Origin: Gracilinanus agilis
Taxonomy: Eukaryota
Assembly: GCF_016433145.1 (NCBI RefSeq)
Contig: NC_058132.1
Location: 655,294,875 to 655,358,874, forward strand
Reading direction: 5' to 3'
DNA: 64,000 nt
Of this stretch, positions 1 to 11,450 are shown piece by piece. The notes beneath the pieces were generated by a model. The model had not been told where the DNA came from. It saw nothing but the letters and a program-made list of their open reading frames with translations, and ran no database searches. Position numbers and translations under genes: made by a program. Every line of letters starts with the position of its first letter. Within the stretch, counting starts at the first letter, position 1.

Positions 1-261
1 TCTAGGAAAAAATGCTCCAAATCACTAATAAAAAGATTGAAAAACATGAATTTGATAACCAGTCAGTAAGGTTGTAAGATTTCATCCAGCTTCCTCAGAT
101 GTTCATGAGAAGAAGGGAGGAGGTGTTTGATGGAATTGAGATATGAGAGTCAAGGGTAGTGGTTGGACAAGGACAGGAAAGATTCAAGAACAGAGAACAG
201 TATAGAGTTAAAATGACTAACTATTGTGTTGAGAAGCATTATACTTATTATGATCCAGGTC

Positions 262-262
<1 letters not shown>
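1..262 (-). mobile_element. LINE-2 fragment
   Basis: Purine-rich antisense-L2-like text (GAGAAGAAGGGAGGAGGTGTTTGATGGAATTGAG...). Highly decayed. Confidence 0.45.

Positions 263-264
<2 letters not shown>

Positions 265-350
<86 letters not shown>
265..350. repeat. Compound (TC)n(CA)n microsatellite
   Basis: Directly visible. Confidence 0.99.
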
Positions 351-442
351 AGCCTTCCCTGTCTCCTTTCTCTATGCTCATGTAAAGGCTGTCCCCTTTG
401 CCTAGATTGTGCTCTTTTCTAATTTGCACCTCAGAAATCCTT

Positions 443-700
443 GTGGTTGCTTAGACATTTCATTCATATCCAACTTTCTGTGACCTCTTTTGGGGTTTTC
501 TTTGCAAAGATACTGGAACTGGAATAGTTTGCCTTTTCCTTCTCCAGGTTATTTTACAGATGAGGAAATGAAGGTCCAGAGGGTTAAATGACTTGCCTAG
601 AGCCACACAGCTAGAAAGTATCTGAGGCTAGATTTGAACTCATGATGTCGAGTCTTCCTGACTCCAGGTCTGGCTCTCTATCCACTGTCCCACTTAGCCT
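443..700 (-). mobile_element. MAR1-like CORE-SINE (RTE-derived tail)
   Basis: TTTTGGGGTTTTCTTTGCAAAGATACTGG...TTTCCTTCTCCAGG.TATTTTACAGATGAGGAAA...TCTTCCTGACTCCAGG. Confidence 0.85.
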
Positions 701-707
701 GACTTAT

Positions 708-965
708 TTAAGAGTCAGATCAAGTACCACCTTCTGCATGAAGCCTTTTCTGATTTCCCCCAGCTGCTCATACCATCCCTCTTCTAATCCAAAATTGCCT
801 TGAATTTATTAGGCTTGTTTCTGTGAATGTAGACTACACCTAGATAATACATGTTGCTCCCTTAATAGAATATAAGCTGCTTGAGGGCAGAGAAGGCTCC
901 ACTTTTGTCTTTGTCCCTCAGCACCTAGCTCAATGTTGAACACTTTGTTAATAAATTCTAATGGA
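708..965 (+). mobile_element. LINE-2 3' end
   Basis: TTCTGCATGAAGCCTTTTCTGA ... TAGAATATAAGCTGCTTGAGGGCAG ... CAGCACCTAGC ... TTAATAAAT, the canonical L2 3' terminus. Confidence 0.75.
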
Positions 966-2676
966 TTCCCTGGCTATACTGATTACATTGCCTCCCTATT
1001 GCCCTTGGCTTATGTGTTTCCTTCTTTGCTATGTCAAGGTTGTTTTTTCCAACTTCTAGCTTTTATATTGCCATCAGAGCAAAACCAAAAAATATGCAGA
1101 GACGACACAGGCAAAATTCACCACCTGCATCTTCAAGCAGGCCCTGTGATTATTTCCACTCATCAGCTGAGCTGGTATTGAGTGGAAATGGGTGTTATGA
1201 TTTGGGTGCCTGCCCAGGCCCCTAGTGCTATTTCTGTAAAGGCTATCTTTGCTGCCAAGACCACATTTACATATGCCCAACTGGTAATATCAGGAGAGTT
1301 CATTTCCTTCCCTTTGGGATCCTTTGGGTCATCTCTTGCTTTTCATTGGAGGCTCCTCTAAGGCTCCCCCTGAAAAGACCAGAGGGGCTAAATGACCTCT
1401 AAGGCTTCTTCCTGTGCTCACATCATCTGGTTTGAAGCAAGCACAAAAAAAAAGGGGGAAATATGCCTCATGGCATTAGTGTATTCCTGTGGAAAATCAC
1501 ATATATTAGATTTGGGTCAAGAAAAGAAGAAATAAATGGCACCATGTTTTTAGGTTCAGATCACATCTTGAAAATACGTAGCACTCTATCTGTAAAGAAA
1601 AGTGGTATTTTCTAATGCAATGTCAACCCTCAATTTTTGTGTGTTTGAGGGGGATAAAGAATAAAATTTTTTTAAACTTTAGATTTCCTTAAATGAGGGC
1701 AAGTTTTATATGCATTGCTGATCTACATGAGACTGAAATCCCATACAAGAAAAAAATACAAAAATGGAAATAATTGAATGCGTAATAAATATCTCTGGAC
1801 AGCAACACTAATAACAATGATAAATATCCGAGGCAGAATGACATAGTTGAAAAAAATATTGGACTGAAGTCTTTGGTTTGGATCATGGATTATCTATGTG
1901 GTCTTTGACAAGTCACTCCATTTTGAACTTCACTTTTCTCATGTGTTAAAAATGTGTTAAACAAAAAGGTTGGATTAGATTCTATGACTCTAAGGCAATC
2001 TGCTGACAAGAAAGATGTCCTGTCCCTTTTTCTGATCCCCAGGGACTGGGATTTTCTGGGTCTCCTCTGGTCTATAAGCTTTTCTCTTTTATAGGTTTAT
2101 AGATAAATATGCTTAAGGTATCATATGAGTCATCTAAGTCAATCCCTTCTTTCTACAGTTGAGGAAACAAGACTTAAGTGAATCAAGGCTAAGTGACTTG
2201 TCCAAGGCCATCTGGGTAGTAAATGTCAGAGCTAAAACTTGAACTGAGGTCCTCTGACTCAAGTATGAGGCTTTTGCCAATACTCCCCATTGTCTTTAGC
2301 TACATGAGGCTGTCCTAACCTGCCTTCCTTTGTCGCCACAGCTCTCAAGGCATGAAAATAGCTTTAAGCCTAGAAAAAGGAAGAAATCTCAAGGGAAATG
2401 CTATACCAAATTTCCATAAAAAGAGAAATATCGTGAAGAGTAACAAAATACACATATAGAGTAGCTAATGCCCTCGGCAAGCAAAAAGAGAGAAAATCTC
2501 TGAACATTTGATGAGGGCCAGGAACTAGAGATGTAATAACATGAGAGAGAGATGATGAGTGCTGTCAAAGCCTTTACTTTTTGCTGACACATTATACTAT
2601 CAAGGAAAGCACAGATTAAAACAACAAAAACCACAAAGCAAAATAGTATATCATCTTAACAGCACTATTTAATGTA

Positions 2677-2915
2677 GGATTGTTAACCTGAGGACGATGG
2701 ACCCCTAAGGTTACTGGGGAGAGATTTCAGGAAATCTATGAATTTGGATAAGAAAAAAAAGTGCCATCTATATTTCGATGTATTAATATACCAATATTCA
2801 ATTGGTTTCCTTTTAATCATATGAACTTTATGTATTTGAAGATCTTTTTCTGAGAAGGGGTCTATAGACTTTACCAGATTGCTTGCAAAAGGGTCCAGGA
2901 TTCCCCCCAAAATAC
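2677..2915 (+). mobile_element. Ancient hAT-Charlie-type MITE remnant
   Basis: Degenerate left end AGGATTGTTAACCTGAGGACGATGGACCCC and the internal block TTCTGAGAAGGGGTCTATAGACTTTACCAGA...AAAGGGTCCAGGA. The reverse complement of this block recurs at about 20120-20270. Confidence 0.6.
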
Positions 2916-4084
2916 TTGACTAATAGTAATTTCTTATTATAACTTAACTGTGACTGAGGCTAAACTCATTCTTGATTTTTGGATTTGTTTTGACTTCTGA
3001 CCTGTAATTATCAAAGAATCTTCCATTGATGAAAATTTATAACTGAGAGTCTTTGAAATTTGACTGGAAATATCGACTCATCCAAGGTCACACAGACAGT
3101 GTGTATCAAAAACAAAAATTTTAAATCTTTTTTTCCTGACCCTGAGGCCAGTTCTTTACCCAATAAGTTAGTATTACACCATTAAATTATTTTAATTATT
3201 TTAATATTATTCTTTTCACTAATATGCTAAGGTCTAATAATATTTTAACATCTCTAGAAATTCCAGACTATTCTTTGGGGAAGGCCCTGAAGTGCAAAGT
3301 CCCTCATGGGAAAGAGGAAAATTAGTCAGTTAGTCAGCCAATAAACATTTAATGAGTATTTACTGTGTTGCAGGCACCACGCTAAGTTCTGGGGTTACAA
3401 AAAGAGACAAAAGACAATCCCTTCCCTTCAAGGAGCAGGAGTTTATAATCTAATAGGAAGATAACAGTCGAAAAATATGTACAAACAATATACACACACA
3501 TATATATACATACATACATATCCATATACACATATACACATTTAATGTGTGTGTGTATATATATATATATATAGCTTGTTTTTACATAATACATAAATGT
3601 ATGTGTGTATGATAAATAGGAAATAATTAAGAGAGGGAAGGCACAAGAATTAAGAGAGTTGGGGGAAGCCTCTAGTTTCCTTCTGCTTCCCTCTGTAGAA
3701 GCTACCTTCATCTTTCTACAACAGACCTCCTTAAATGAGTGAAGACCTATGGCCAATGGGGTTCATCCTGGGGTCCTGTGATTCCATGTCCTCAGGCAGG
3801 GTGATTAATTGTATGACTTGGCTTTGTACCTTTGTACCTGTTATTTTGAATAACAGCCAGCATGAAAAGGACAATTAATTCTCTCCTGACATTGCTCCTT
3901 GGTTGTGTGACCTTGGGGAAGTCACCTCCCTAAAGATAAATTGGTTGGAAGAGATCCTCTGGAGTTCTTTTGAGCTCTACAAATCTCTGATTTGGGGAAC
4001 ACTTCTGTTCTTCAAATTCTTATAAATTTGACTCAGGATTCTTATTCTCTATATATCTGAGAAGAGAGACCTTTGTTAGAGACA

Positions 4085-4590
4085 CTTCCTATAAATTTTT
4101 TCCCCCAACTTTGTTGTTTTCCTTCTAATATTGGTTGCATTGGTTTTGTTTGTATAAAAACTTTTTAATATAATGTAAAAACTATTAATTTCATTTTTGT
4201 AATGTTCTCTATGTTTTGCTTGTTCACAAATTCTTCTTTTATCCATAAGTCTAACGAGAAAACTCTTCCATGTTCCCCTAATTTGTTTATAGCGTCACCT
4301 TTTATTTATTGCTAGATCAAGTATCCATTTAGATTTTATTCTGGCATATGGAGTGAGATATTGGTCTATGTCTAGTTTCTGTCAAACTGTTTTCTAGTCT
4401 TCTCAGCAGTTTTTGTGAAATAGTGATTTCTTTTCCCACAAAACTTGGATTTTTGAGTTTATTGAACACTAAGTTGCTTGGACATTAATGGTTGTGTGTT
4501 GATTACCTAATCTATACCATTGATCCACTACTCTATTAACAATTCTGTTCTTAATGAACAGATTACTGCAGAGTTTGTGCTTTGGTTTCT
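4085..4590 (-). mobile_element. LINE-1 ORF2 fragment (decayed)
   Basis: The minus strand translates to ...KESLFHKNC*ED*KTV*QKLDIDQYLTPYARIKSKWILDL, matching the L1 ORF2 motif KDSLFNKWCWENW...LDPFLTPYTKINSRWIKDL. Confidence 0.85.
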
Positions 4591-4627
4591 AGATCATTTT
4601 GCTCCTTTTTTTGCTCCCCACCAGTCT

Positions 4628-5443
4628 TGTCCAGAGTTGTTTCTGGGAAAAGCACCACACCCTCCCAAAGAAGGATACATAGTATTATGGAAGAAATTAC
4701 AGAAACATAAATGAATTTAAGTATAGTTAAAAGTTGATTTGAAGAGGCTAGCATGACCACATGCTAGGAACTCTAAGAAGAGATTCTGGAATGTGGGAGG
4801 AGAGATTCTGAAGGTGCAACTGCCATTGTGGCTCTTCCTGTCTTGGACTGAGAGAGGAAGGAGTTTATCTCTGCTGATCCTATTTCTTACCAGCCTGTGA
4901 GTGAGAGAAGGGAAACCTTTTGATTTCTTTGGGAGTACCTTTCCTCACCAGAAGAAACCATCCTGAAGAAGACCCTATAGACTCTCAACCCTGACAAAGA
5001 ACACTGTGGTCCAGAGGCAGTTGTTGGTGTGAGGGCTGAGGGTCAACCTCAGACCTGGCCCAGCTTGGTTGAACTCCAACATCCAGAGTTCATCCTTTTA
5101 TCCTAAAACCTGTCACCTCCTGATAAACGAACCGGGGAGGATTTACAGTGTCAGGAAGAATAGAGAGGGCTTTTGGGGTTATTACTGAGAAGCAGGAAGG
5201 GTTTATAGGGAGCCTCAAGAAATAGAAGTGTCTACCTCATGGTGGACTTAGAGGGAAGTGAGAAGTGAGAGAATTAGTGATTAGGGCATCCTCAATCCTC
5301 AATCCTCCCTCCCTACCTCTAATTTACCAATAAACTTGTTAGTTTTTACAACAACTGCTTGGAAGACTTAGCTGTGGCTGGCCCAGTGTAGTAAGGCCCA
5401 GACTGCTTTACTGCACTAAAAGGGGGCTGAAGTATCATCCACA
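4628..5443 (+). mobile_element. Probable ERV solo LTR
   Basis: ~815-bp unique-looking block with a TG start and CA end, purine-rich middle and AATAAA at 5329-5334 about 110 nt from the end, which is typical marsupial LTR architecture. No clear TSD, so boundaries are approximate. Confidence 0.55.
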
Positions 5444-5679
5444 CACCTCAATGTACCCCTCTATTACAATCCACTATTTTCAATGGTTTATTGCTTTGGA
5501 ATGCAGCAGCGTGCATCTAGTCCCATGCAAAGTCTGGATCTCACACAAAAACCACACAGCATTCATCAAATTAAATGGTTGTTTTCAAAGGATTTCTTTC
5601 TCACTAGCACTTTGGAGGTGGGGCTGGGGTGAAGAATAATGGATTTCTTTCTGTTTTTTTGTATTAAGTCAGATCTGTG

Positions 5680-5882
5680 ATTTCATTGGTGCATGGAGTA
5701 TCAAGTGAGGAGACTCCTACCAATACACATTGGCACTGACTCTACCACTCATAGCCTTAGATGCCTTGGGGTCTGAGAGGGTAAAAATGACTTACCCAGG
5801 GTCAAAGAATTAGTATGAGTCAAAGAGCATCTTGAACTCAGAACTTCCTGACTATAAGACCAACTCTTTATCTCATATCATG
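5680..5882 (-). mobile_element. Marsupial CORE-SINE variant (WALLSI4/MIR3_Mars-like; name uncertain)
   Basis: CTGTGATTTCATTGGTG...GTGAGGAGACTCCTACCAAT...GAGAGGGTAAAAATGACTTACCCAGGGTCA. Related copies lie near 9815-10160, 23140-23345, 24930-25030, 40290-40490 and 55300-55490. Confidence 0.6.
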
Positions 5883-8164
5883 ATGCTTCTCTCTTATCTT
5901 TAATCTACTTTGAATTCATAAGCCTTCTTGGTATAGCCAGCAACATCCCATCAGTCTCTAAATCACTTGAAATTATCCATTTCCTAGGTAAAAGAAAGCA
6001 AAGTGCCAACGGTATTCAGCAGAATTGGATTGCCATGACAGGTTTGGGTCATATTACAAAGACTCTTAATTTGAGAAAGGCATTTTTTTTTGTATTTTGC
6101 TTTGCATACATCTGCAAGTTTTAAGAGATATTTCACTCTGATTAATCTTTCATGAAATCCAATTCCATTGAAATAAACATAGAATGGACACCTTCATTAT
6201 TAAGAAGGAAGTTAAGTATCAAATCCAAACGATTCATTTGTGCCCTGAGTTGCTGAAGCCTGAGTTTAGGACAAATGGAGGGGATGCAGGATTCTTGTTC
6301 TTTGCTCTGTGGGAGCAAATTACTTAATCTCTCTGTGCCTGCTTTTTCTTTCCTGTACAATAAGCCTTATAGATCTGGTTTGAGATCCTTGGTTTTGAGA
6401 CAATAGGAAAGGGAAATGTTGTTTATACCCTATTTCAGAGGAACAGAAGCCCTTGGGAATAGAAATAAGGAGTATAATGTAATTGGAAAATCTAGGCTTT
6501 CATTTGAGAGACAAAAAGGTAACCAGTTCAGGGCACCTGGAGCCTGCGCATCGAAAGAAATCCAATTTTATTAGGTCCAATTTTGTGAACCTTCATTTTG
6601 CTCTGATTGAGGAAAAAGGAGGACTGCAAGCTTGAAATCCAACCAACATTACAACATTGAAATAACTTGTTCATGATTCATTATACACCTCACAACTCAA
6701 TTATCATGCTAGCAGGGAGATTCTACTGTAGCGTTATTCTCAACAATGTTTTAGGACATAGCTGCATGGACAGTAACAATCTTGACAAAGACTGAGGGAA
6801 GGAAATCTGTTTAGCCCCAAGGAATTGGTTAAAGGGATGAGAGAGCTAGGGGCATTGGCACCTGTACTTCCAGCTACTGGGTAGACTGAGCCTGGCACAT
6901 TTCTCAAATCTTTTGGACTTGGGTATTGTAAACTGCAATAGAGCTACTAAACTGATTGCTCTCCATGCTAACTTTGACATTAATGTAGATGAGATGAGAA
7001 GCTCGTTTTTTTAAATGAATGAATAAATGAAGTAACACATGAACAAACATAAATAACAAACAAATAAGATGAAAACATCTTTGTAAATGGCAAGTGAAAA
7101 TAGAAATGAAAGGGAAAGGGGACTGTTAATAGCCAATAATATTGATAAAAAAAAATTCAACAAGAAATGAACTCATGTGTAATTATGACTATCTGTTTAA
7201 TTAGAAACAGTTCTGTGGCAGAATCTACTGAGTCACCAAATAATAAAGAATGGAAACTAAGACCTTAAATGAAGAAGCAGATGCTTTTTTACTAGTCATC
7301 CTTCCTACATGTAAACCTACCCCACATTCCTTCAGGACTTTACAAATTTGCAGTTAGCTTTTCTTCCTCATTTCTGTCCTGAATTTATCAAGAGAGAATT
7401 TGTCTCATGCAAGGAAGGGAGCTTCAGAACTGATAAGACTTTGACCTGTTCAGTTTCTCATTATGAATATTGCATCAACTTGTTGGTACACAAGGCCCTG
7501 GAAATGTAGGCATTGCAGCGTTTTATCATAAATCTTCTGAAAAGATTTATAAAAGCTATTTTTGAAGAATCTTAAATCCTCCAGCTTTCAAATTAGACTT
7601 TAGAAGAGCAGAAAATGGAATGAAGATCCATTTCCCAAGATCAAGGGTTTTGAGGGACTTATTTCTCCTCACAACATTTTTTCTCTAACCCTTCAAAATA
7701 GTTTACCTTTGAATCTTCTTCAAAATGAATTGAACTCTGTGCATTTAACTTTACTTTAGCTTTAAAGAAAAAAAGCATTACAGTGGAATATACCTAGCAC
7801 TGTTGTGAAAAGATAATAAATTAAGACCATGGCTCTACAAGGTGGAGGAGAGTGAGCAGAGAGAAAGTTCCCTTTTCTCACTCAAGTGGAATCCAAGAAT
7901 TGAGATTGCTCTACCACTGCCTCTGGAAGAGAGTAAGAGATGAGATGGGGAGTAGTGAGAAAGAAGGTTTTTAAAAAAAGATAGAACCTTGAATGAGATT
8001 GTAGATGCCTTAAAAGTTAAACTTGACATAGTAGGCACATCCCTTGGGCACTATACTAAAGAATTCTTTCCAACAACACAGACCCATTGATGATTACCCT
8101 TAGTCATTCAACTAGTTTTGACCTTACCCACTTCTCTTCCCATCTAGCCTTTATCAGGCTCAAA

Positions 8165-8386
8165 AGGTAGCTAGGTGTTATAGTAGAAAGAGCACTGGGC
8201 CTGGAGTCAGTAATATCTGAGCTAAAATGCAGCTTCAGAGACTTACTAGTTGTGTGACTCTGAGTAAGTCATTTAACCTCTGCTTTCCACACTGGGAATA
8301 CTAAGAGTGCCTATCTCCTAGAGTTGCTGTGAGGATCAAATGTGATATTTGTGAAGTGCTTAGCAAAGTGCCTGACACATAGTAGG
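8165..8386 (+). mobile_element. MIR/CORE-SINE (host of the solo LTR; tail resumes at 9184-9205)
   Basis: AGAAAGAGCACTGGGCCTGGAGTCAG...GAGTAAGTCATTTAACCTC...GAGTTGCTGTGAGGATCAAATG. Dozens of further MIR fragments occur through the window (e.g. ~2130-2290, 15010-15185, 26720-26945, 37180-37430, 40700-40920). Confidence 0.85.
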
Positions 8387-9183
8387 TGTGAAGAGTGAAT
8401 TAAACTCTCTTTGTCTATCAATCAGCAACTTTTAAGTTAATCAAAAACTTAAGTACCTGTACTACTTAGTACCTTACCACTCACTAAGTATGAGAGTTCA
8501 CAAGTCATTTGCCAAGGTGGGTGACAACTCCAGAGACCAAAGCTCTCCCCAACTCCTCCTTGGGCAGTGCTAGGCAAATTGAAAGACTGCGATTGGTCCC
8601 CCTAAAGTGGGGGAGCAACAGGAAGAGACATCGAGAAAACTACTTTAAAAAGGCCAGCTTGAGGATTCAATCTTGGACTCTGCATTGATGAGCCAGACTG
8701 GAGGAGGAGACTCTTTCCTTGGATCCTGAAGTGGTGAGTGGAGTGATTCCTTCCTTGGTTTTTTGGTAAGGAGACCCTCTCTGCTCATTGGCGATTCAAT
8801 GGGACTCCCTTCAGTGTGAGTTCTGGTGAGATTCTTGGTGGTCTTAGCCTCGTGTGCACTGAAGGTTTTCAGTGGATTCTTCAGTGTCTCCTGGCTCTTT
8901 GGATTTCAGCTTCCTAATTAGGACTTTGGATTCTGATGAGATTAGCTTTGGGATTCACATTTGTGGGTTGGAGACATTAGGATTAAATTTAGGGTATTTT
9001 GTAGCTAGGCAGTACTTTCTGCTTCCTTATCAACATTTTTCCACTTTCACTCTTTCTACCTCTTTGTAAATGAAACCGCTAAAAGTCATTTTAACTTAAG
9101 CTGTAATATTTTAAAATTGTGGATCACAATATTACTTTAGAATTCTCATATTTAGCATAAAACTTAAATTTTAAATTCTTATA
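8387..9183 (+). mobile_element. ERV solo LTR (~800 bp) inserted in a MIR/CORE-SINE tail
   Basis: Starts TGTGAAG and ends TTCTTATA (decayed CA). It splits the SINE tail GTGCCTGACACATAGTAGG|TGCTTAATAAATGC, with TAGG(TG) duplicated at both junctions. ATTGG at 8592, TATA-like TTTAAAAAGG at ~8644, degenerate polyA signal at ~9067. Confidence 0.8.
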
Positions 9184-9907
9184 CTAGGTGCTTAATAAAT
9201 GCTTTTTGCCTCTGTCCACTCCCCCTAAGGAGAGCACTAAAGTTTTTGTCCATTACTTTGCTGAGATTGAGGCTTCCCAAGTTGGCTGCATTATTTAGTT
9301 CAGGGAATCTAGGTAACCTGTCAGAAAAGGATCTGAAGGTATCTGGAATGACCTGACTTTCAGTGATCTCTTCTTTGCTTCCTAAGTGTTCAACAAGCAC
9401 CTCTTTAATTGTTCATTCTAGAATTGTATCAGGAATCAAAGTCAAGCTCACCAACCAACAGTGTGAAGACAACATCCTTCCTTTTTCTAGAAATTCAGGA
9501 TGACATTTGCCCTTCTCCAAACTTCTGACATAGCTCCAACTCTCTTCAATTGTTCACAGATCAGTGACAGGAACTCAGCAATTATATCAGTTATTTCAGC
9601 ACCTTGGGAAATAAATTGTTCCAGTGCACTAGTGACTTGAATTCATTGACAGCATCTAAGTACTATCTTACATATTCAGAAGGAATGGTGGATGGGAGAG
9701 ACATAAAAACATTAACCAAAATTTCCTGGTAAAATAAAATAATAAATTCAGTAAATGAATATAATAATAATAAAATTAGGAAGGAAAGATGGTAGGCTGT
9801 AGTGAATCAAAAGCTGACCAGGTAGCCAGAAAGACATAGGCTTAAGGCACCTCTGATATACACTGTGTGTCCCTAGACAAGTCACTTACCTTCTCAGTGC
9901 TCTAGAC

Positions 9908-10081
9908 CAGAGATGTTAAACATACAGCTCATAACACTCTTGAGTGGGGCCCAACATAGATTATAACATAACTAGGAAATATGATCAAATACAGATAATG
10001 TTAATATGTGGTTTTCTAAATCAATACCCAGCACCTTCTACACTTCAGTGGTCCCATATCTATTTGAGTTTGCTACCACTG
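9908..10081 (-). mobile_element. 174-bp hAT MITE inserted into a CORE-SINE
   Basis: Ends CAGAGATGTTAAAC ... GAGTTTGCTACCACTG (degenerate CAGTGGTGTCAAAC-type TIR). Degenerate 8-bp TSD CTCTAGAC / CTTGAGGC. The host SINE sequence stops at 9907 and resumes at 10082. Confidence 0.75.
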
Positions 10082-10619
10082 CTTGAGGCAACTCAAAACC
10101 CATGAGCTCAGAGAAGGTGCTGGTTCACATTAGCATTCCTCTCATAAAAGAAATTTCAGGTCTAGTCCTTGTCCTTATTCTTAAGGAAAATTGGAAAGAA
10201 ATCAACCTGGGATTTCATCTAGGTGGCTACTTCCTACCATGTCAGAAATCATAAGCCATCTGTGCCAGCCCCTTCTGTGGAATTTGCCCATGTATCCATA
10301 AATATATTCGACAAATGGATCCACATAATACACCGAAATTTTCCTTTAATGGTGAGGATATGAGTGGAGCTGTCCAGCACTTATCATAGTGACTGGCATA
10401 GAGAATACAGTGAATCAGCAAGCAGCAATTATATGTCAGTCACTGGATACAAATACAATGAATAAAAGACTCTACCCACAGGAATCTTCCATTCTAACAA
10501 GAGAAACAAAAGAATATACATGAGTATATATAGATATGGATAAATACTTAACCAGTGATTTTATAGTGACAAGACAAGAAATTATCAGGTGAGGAAACTC
10601 TCTTTACCAATCTTGGCCA

Positions 10620-11450
10620 ATTACATTGAACTGAGAAAACCCCTCAAATTTGTCCATTAAAAAATCATTGGTAATGTTGCAGAGAGCAGTTTCAGATTAG
10701 TGATGAAGATGAATGTCAGATTACCAAGGGTGGAGTAGTGAGTGAGAGGAAAAGAAATGAAGGCAGAAAATGTAGACAAATTTTACTAGAAATATGACTG
10801 AGAAAAAAAGGGAGAAATATAGGATGATAGCTTGAGGGGATAGTAGGGTCTAATAAAGATCTCCAAAGGTGAAGGAGACTTTGGCATATTTGAAGGCATT
10901 AGGGAAGGAGTTAGTAGCAATGAAAATGTTGAATATTCAAAAAAGACACAACAGATAAGATAGTAATCTGCCAGAGAAGTCCAAACAGTATCAGATCCCC
11001 ACTGGAGGGGATGGGGCATATAGTTTGGCATCATTGAGACCTGCTACTTCATTGTCAGACTAGGATAAAGGAGAAGACCAGGGTTAAGTGAGGGATACTA
11101 TCAAGGGGTTTTGAGACATTCGTTGAGACAATGAGAAGGAAGAAGACAGCTTCACTTTGAATGGCTTCAATTTTCTCAGTAAAATGAGAGGCAAGGTCCT
11201 CAGCTGAGGGGGAGGGAGGAAAGGAAGCAGTGAGAAGCTTGAGGAGAGAACAGAAGGTTTAGAAAATCCTTAGCAGAGAGAGAAAGATAGGAAATCAATT
11301 AGAGAATAGAAATTAGGGTTAAGGTTAATGTTGGAGAGCATCAATTTATAACGCACCTACTCAGCACAGTTGTAGAATTCCTTCAGCTCTGATCGGCAGC
11401 TTGTGAGTGGGAGCGGAGGAGATGGATGGTGGGAGTGATCCACTGCTGAG
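10620..11450 (-). mobile_element. LINE-2 ORF2 fragment
   Basis: Antisense L2 text, for example TCATTGGTAATGTTGCAGAGAGCAGTTTCAG...GTCAGATTACCAAGGG...GAATGGCTTCAATTTTCTCAGTAAAATGAGAGGCAAGGTCCTCAGCTGAG. Confidence 0.75.

Noticed and set aside
159-429. ORFs with SL/HT/CV/RE dipeptide runs (also 12386-12644, 15867-16103, 21390-21608, 34166-34512, 39864-40313, 51751-51957, 59556-59891, 60747-61124, 61749-62232)
   Set aside because: They are translations of microsatellites or low-complexity tracts, not genes.
1078-1149. Possible terminal exon SKTKKYAETTQAKFTTCIFKQAL*
   Set aside because: The acceptor is weak, the peptide is not recognised, and there are no supporting upstream exons.
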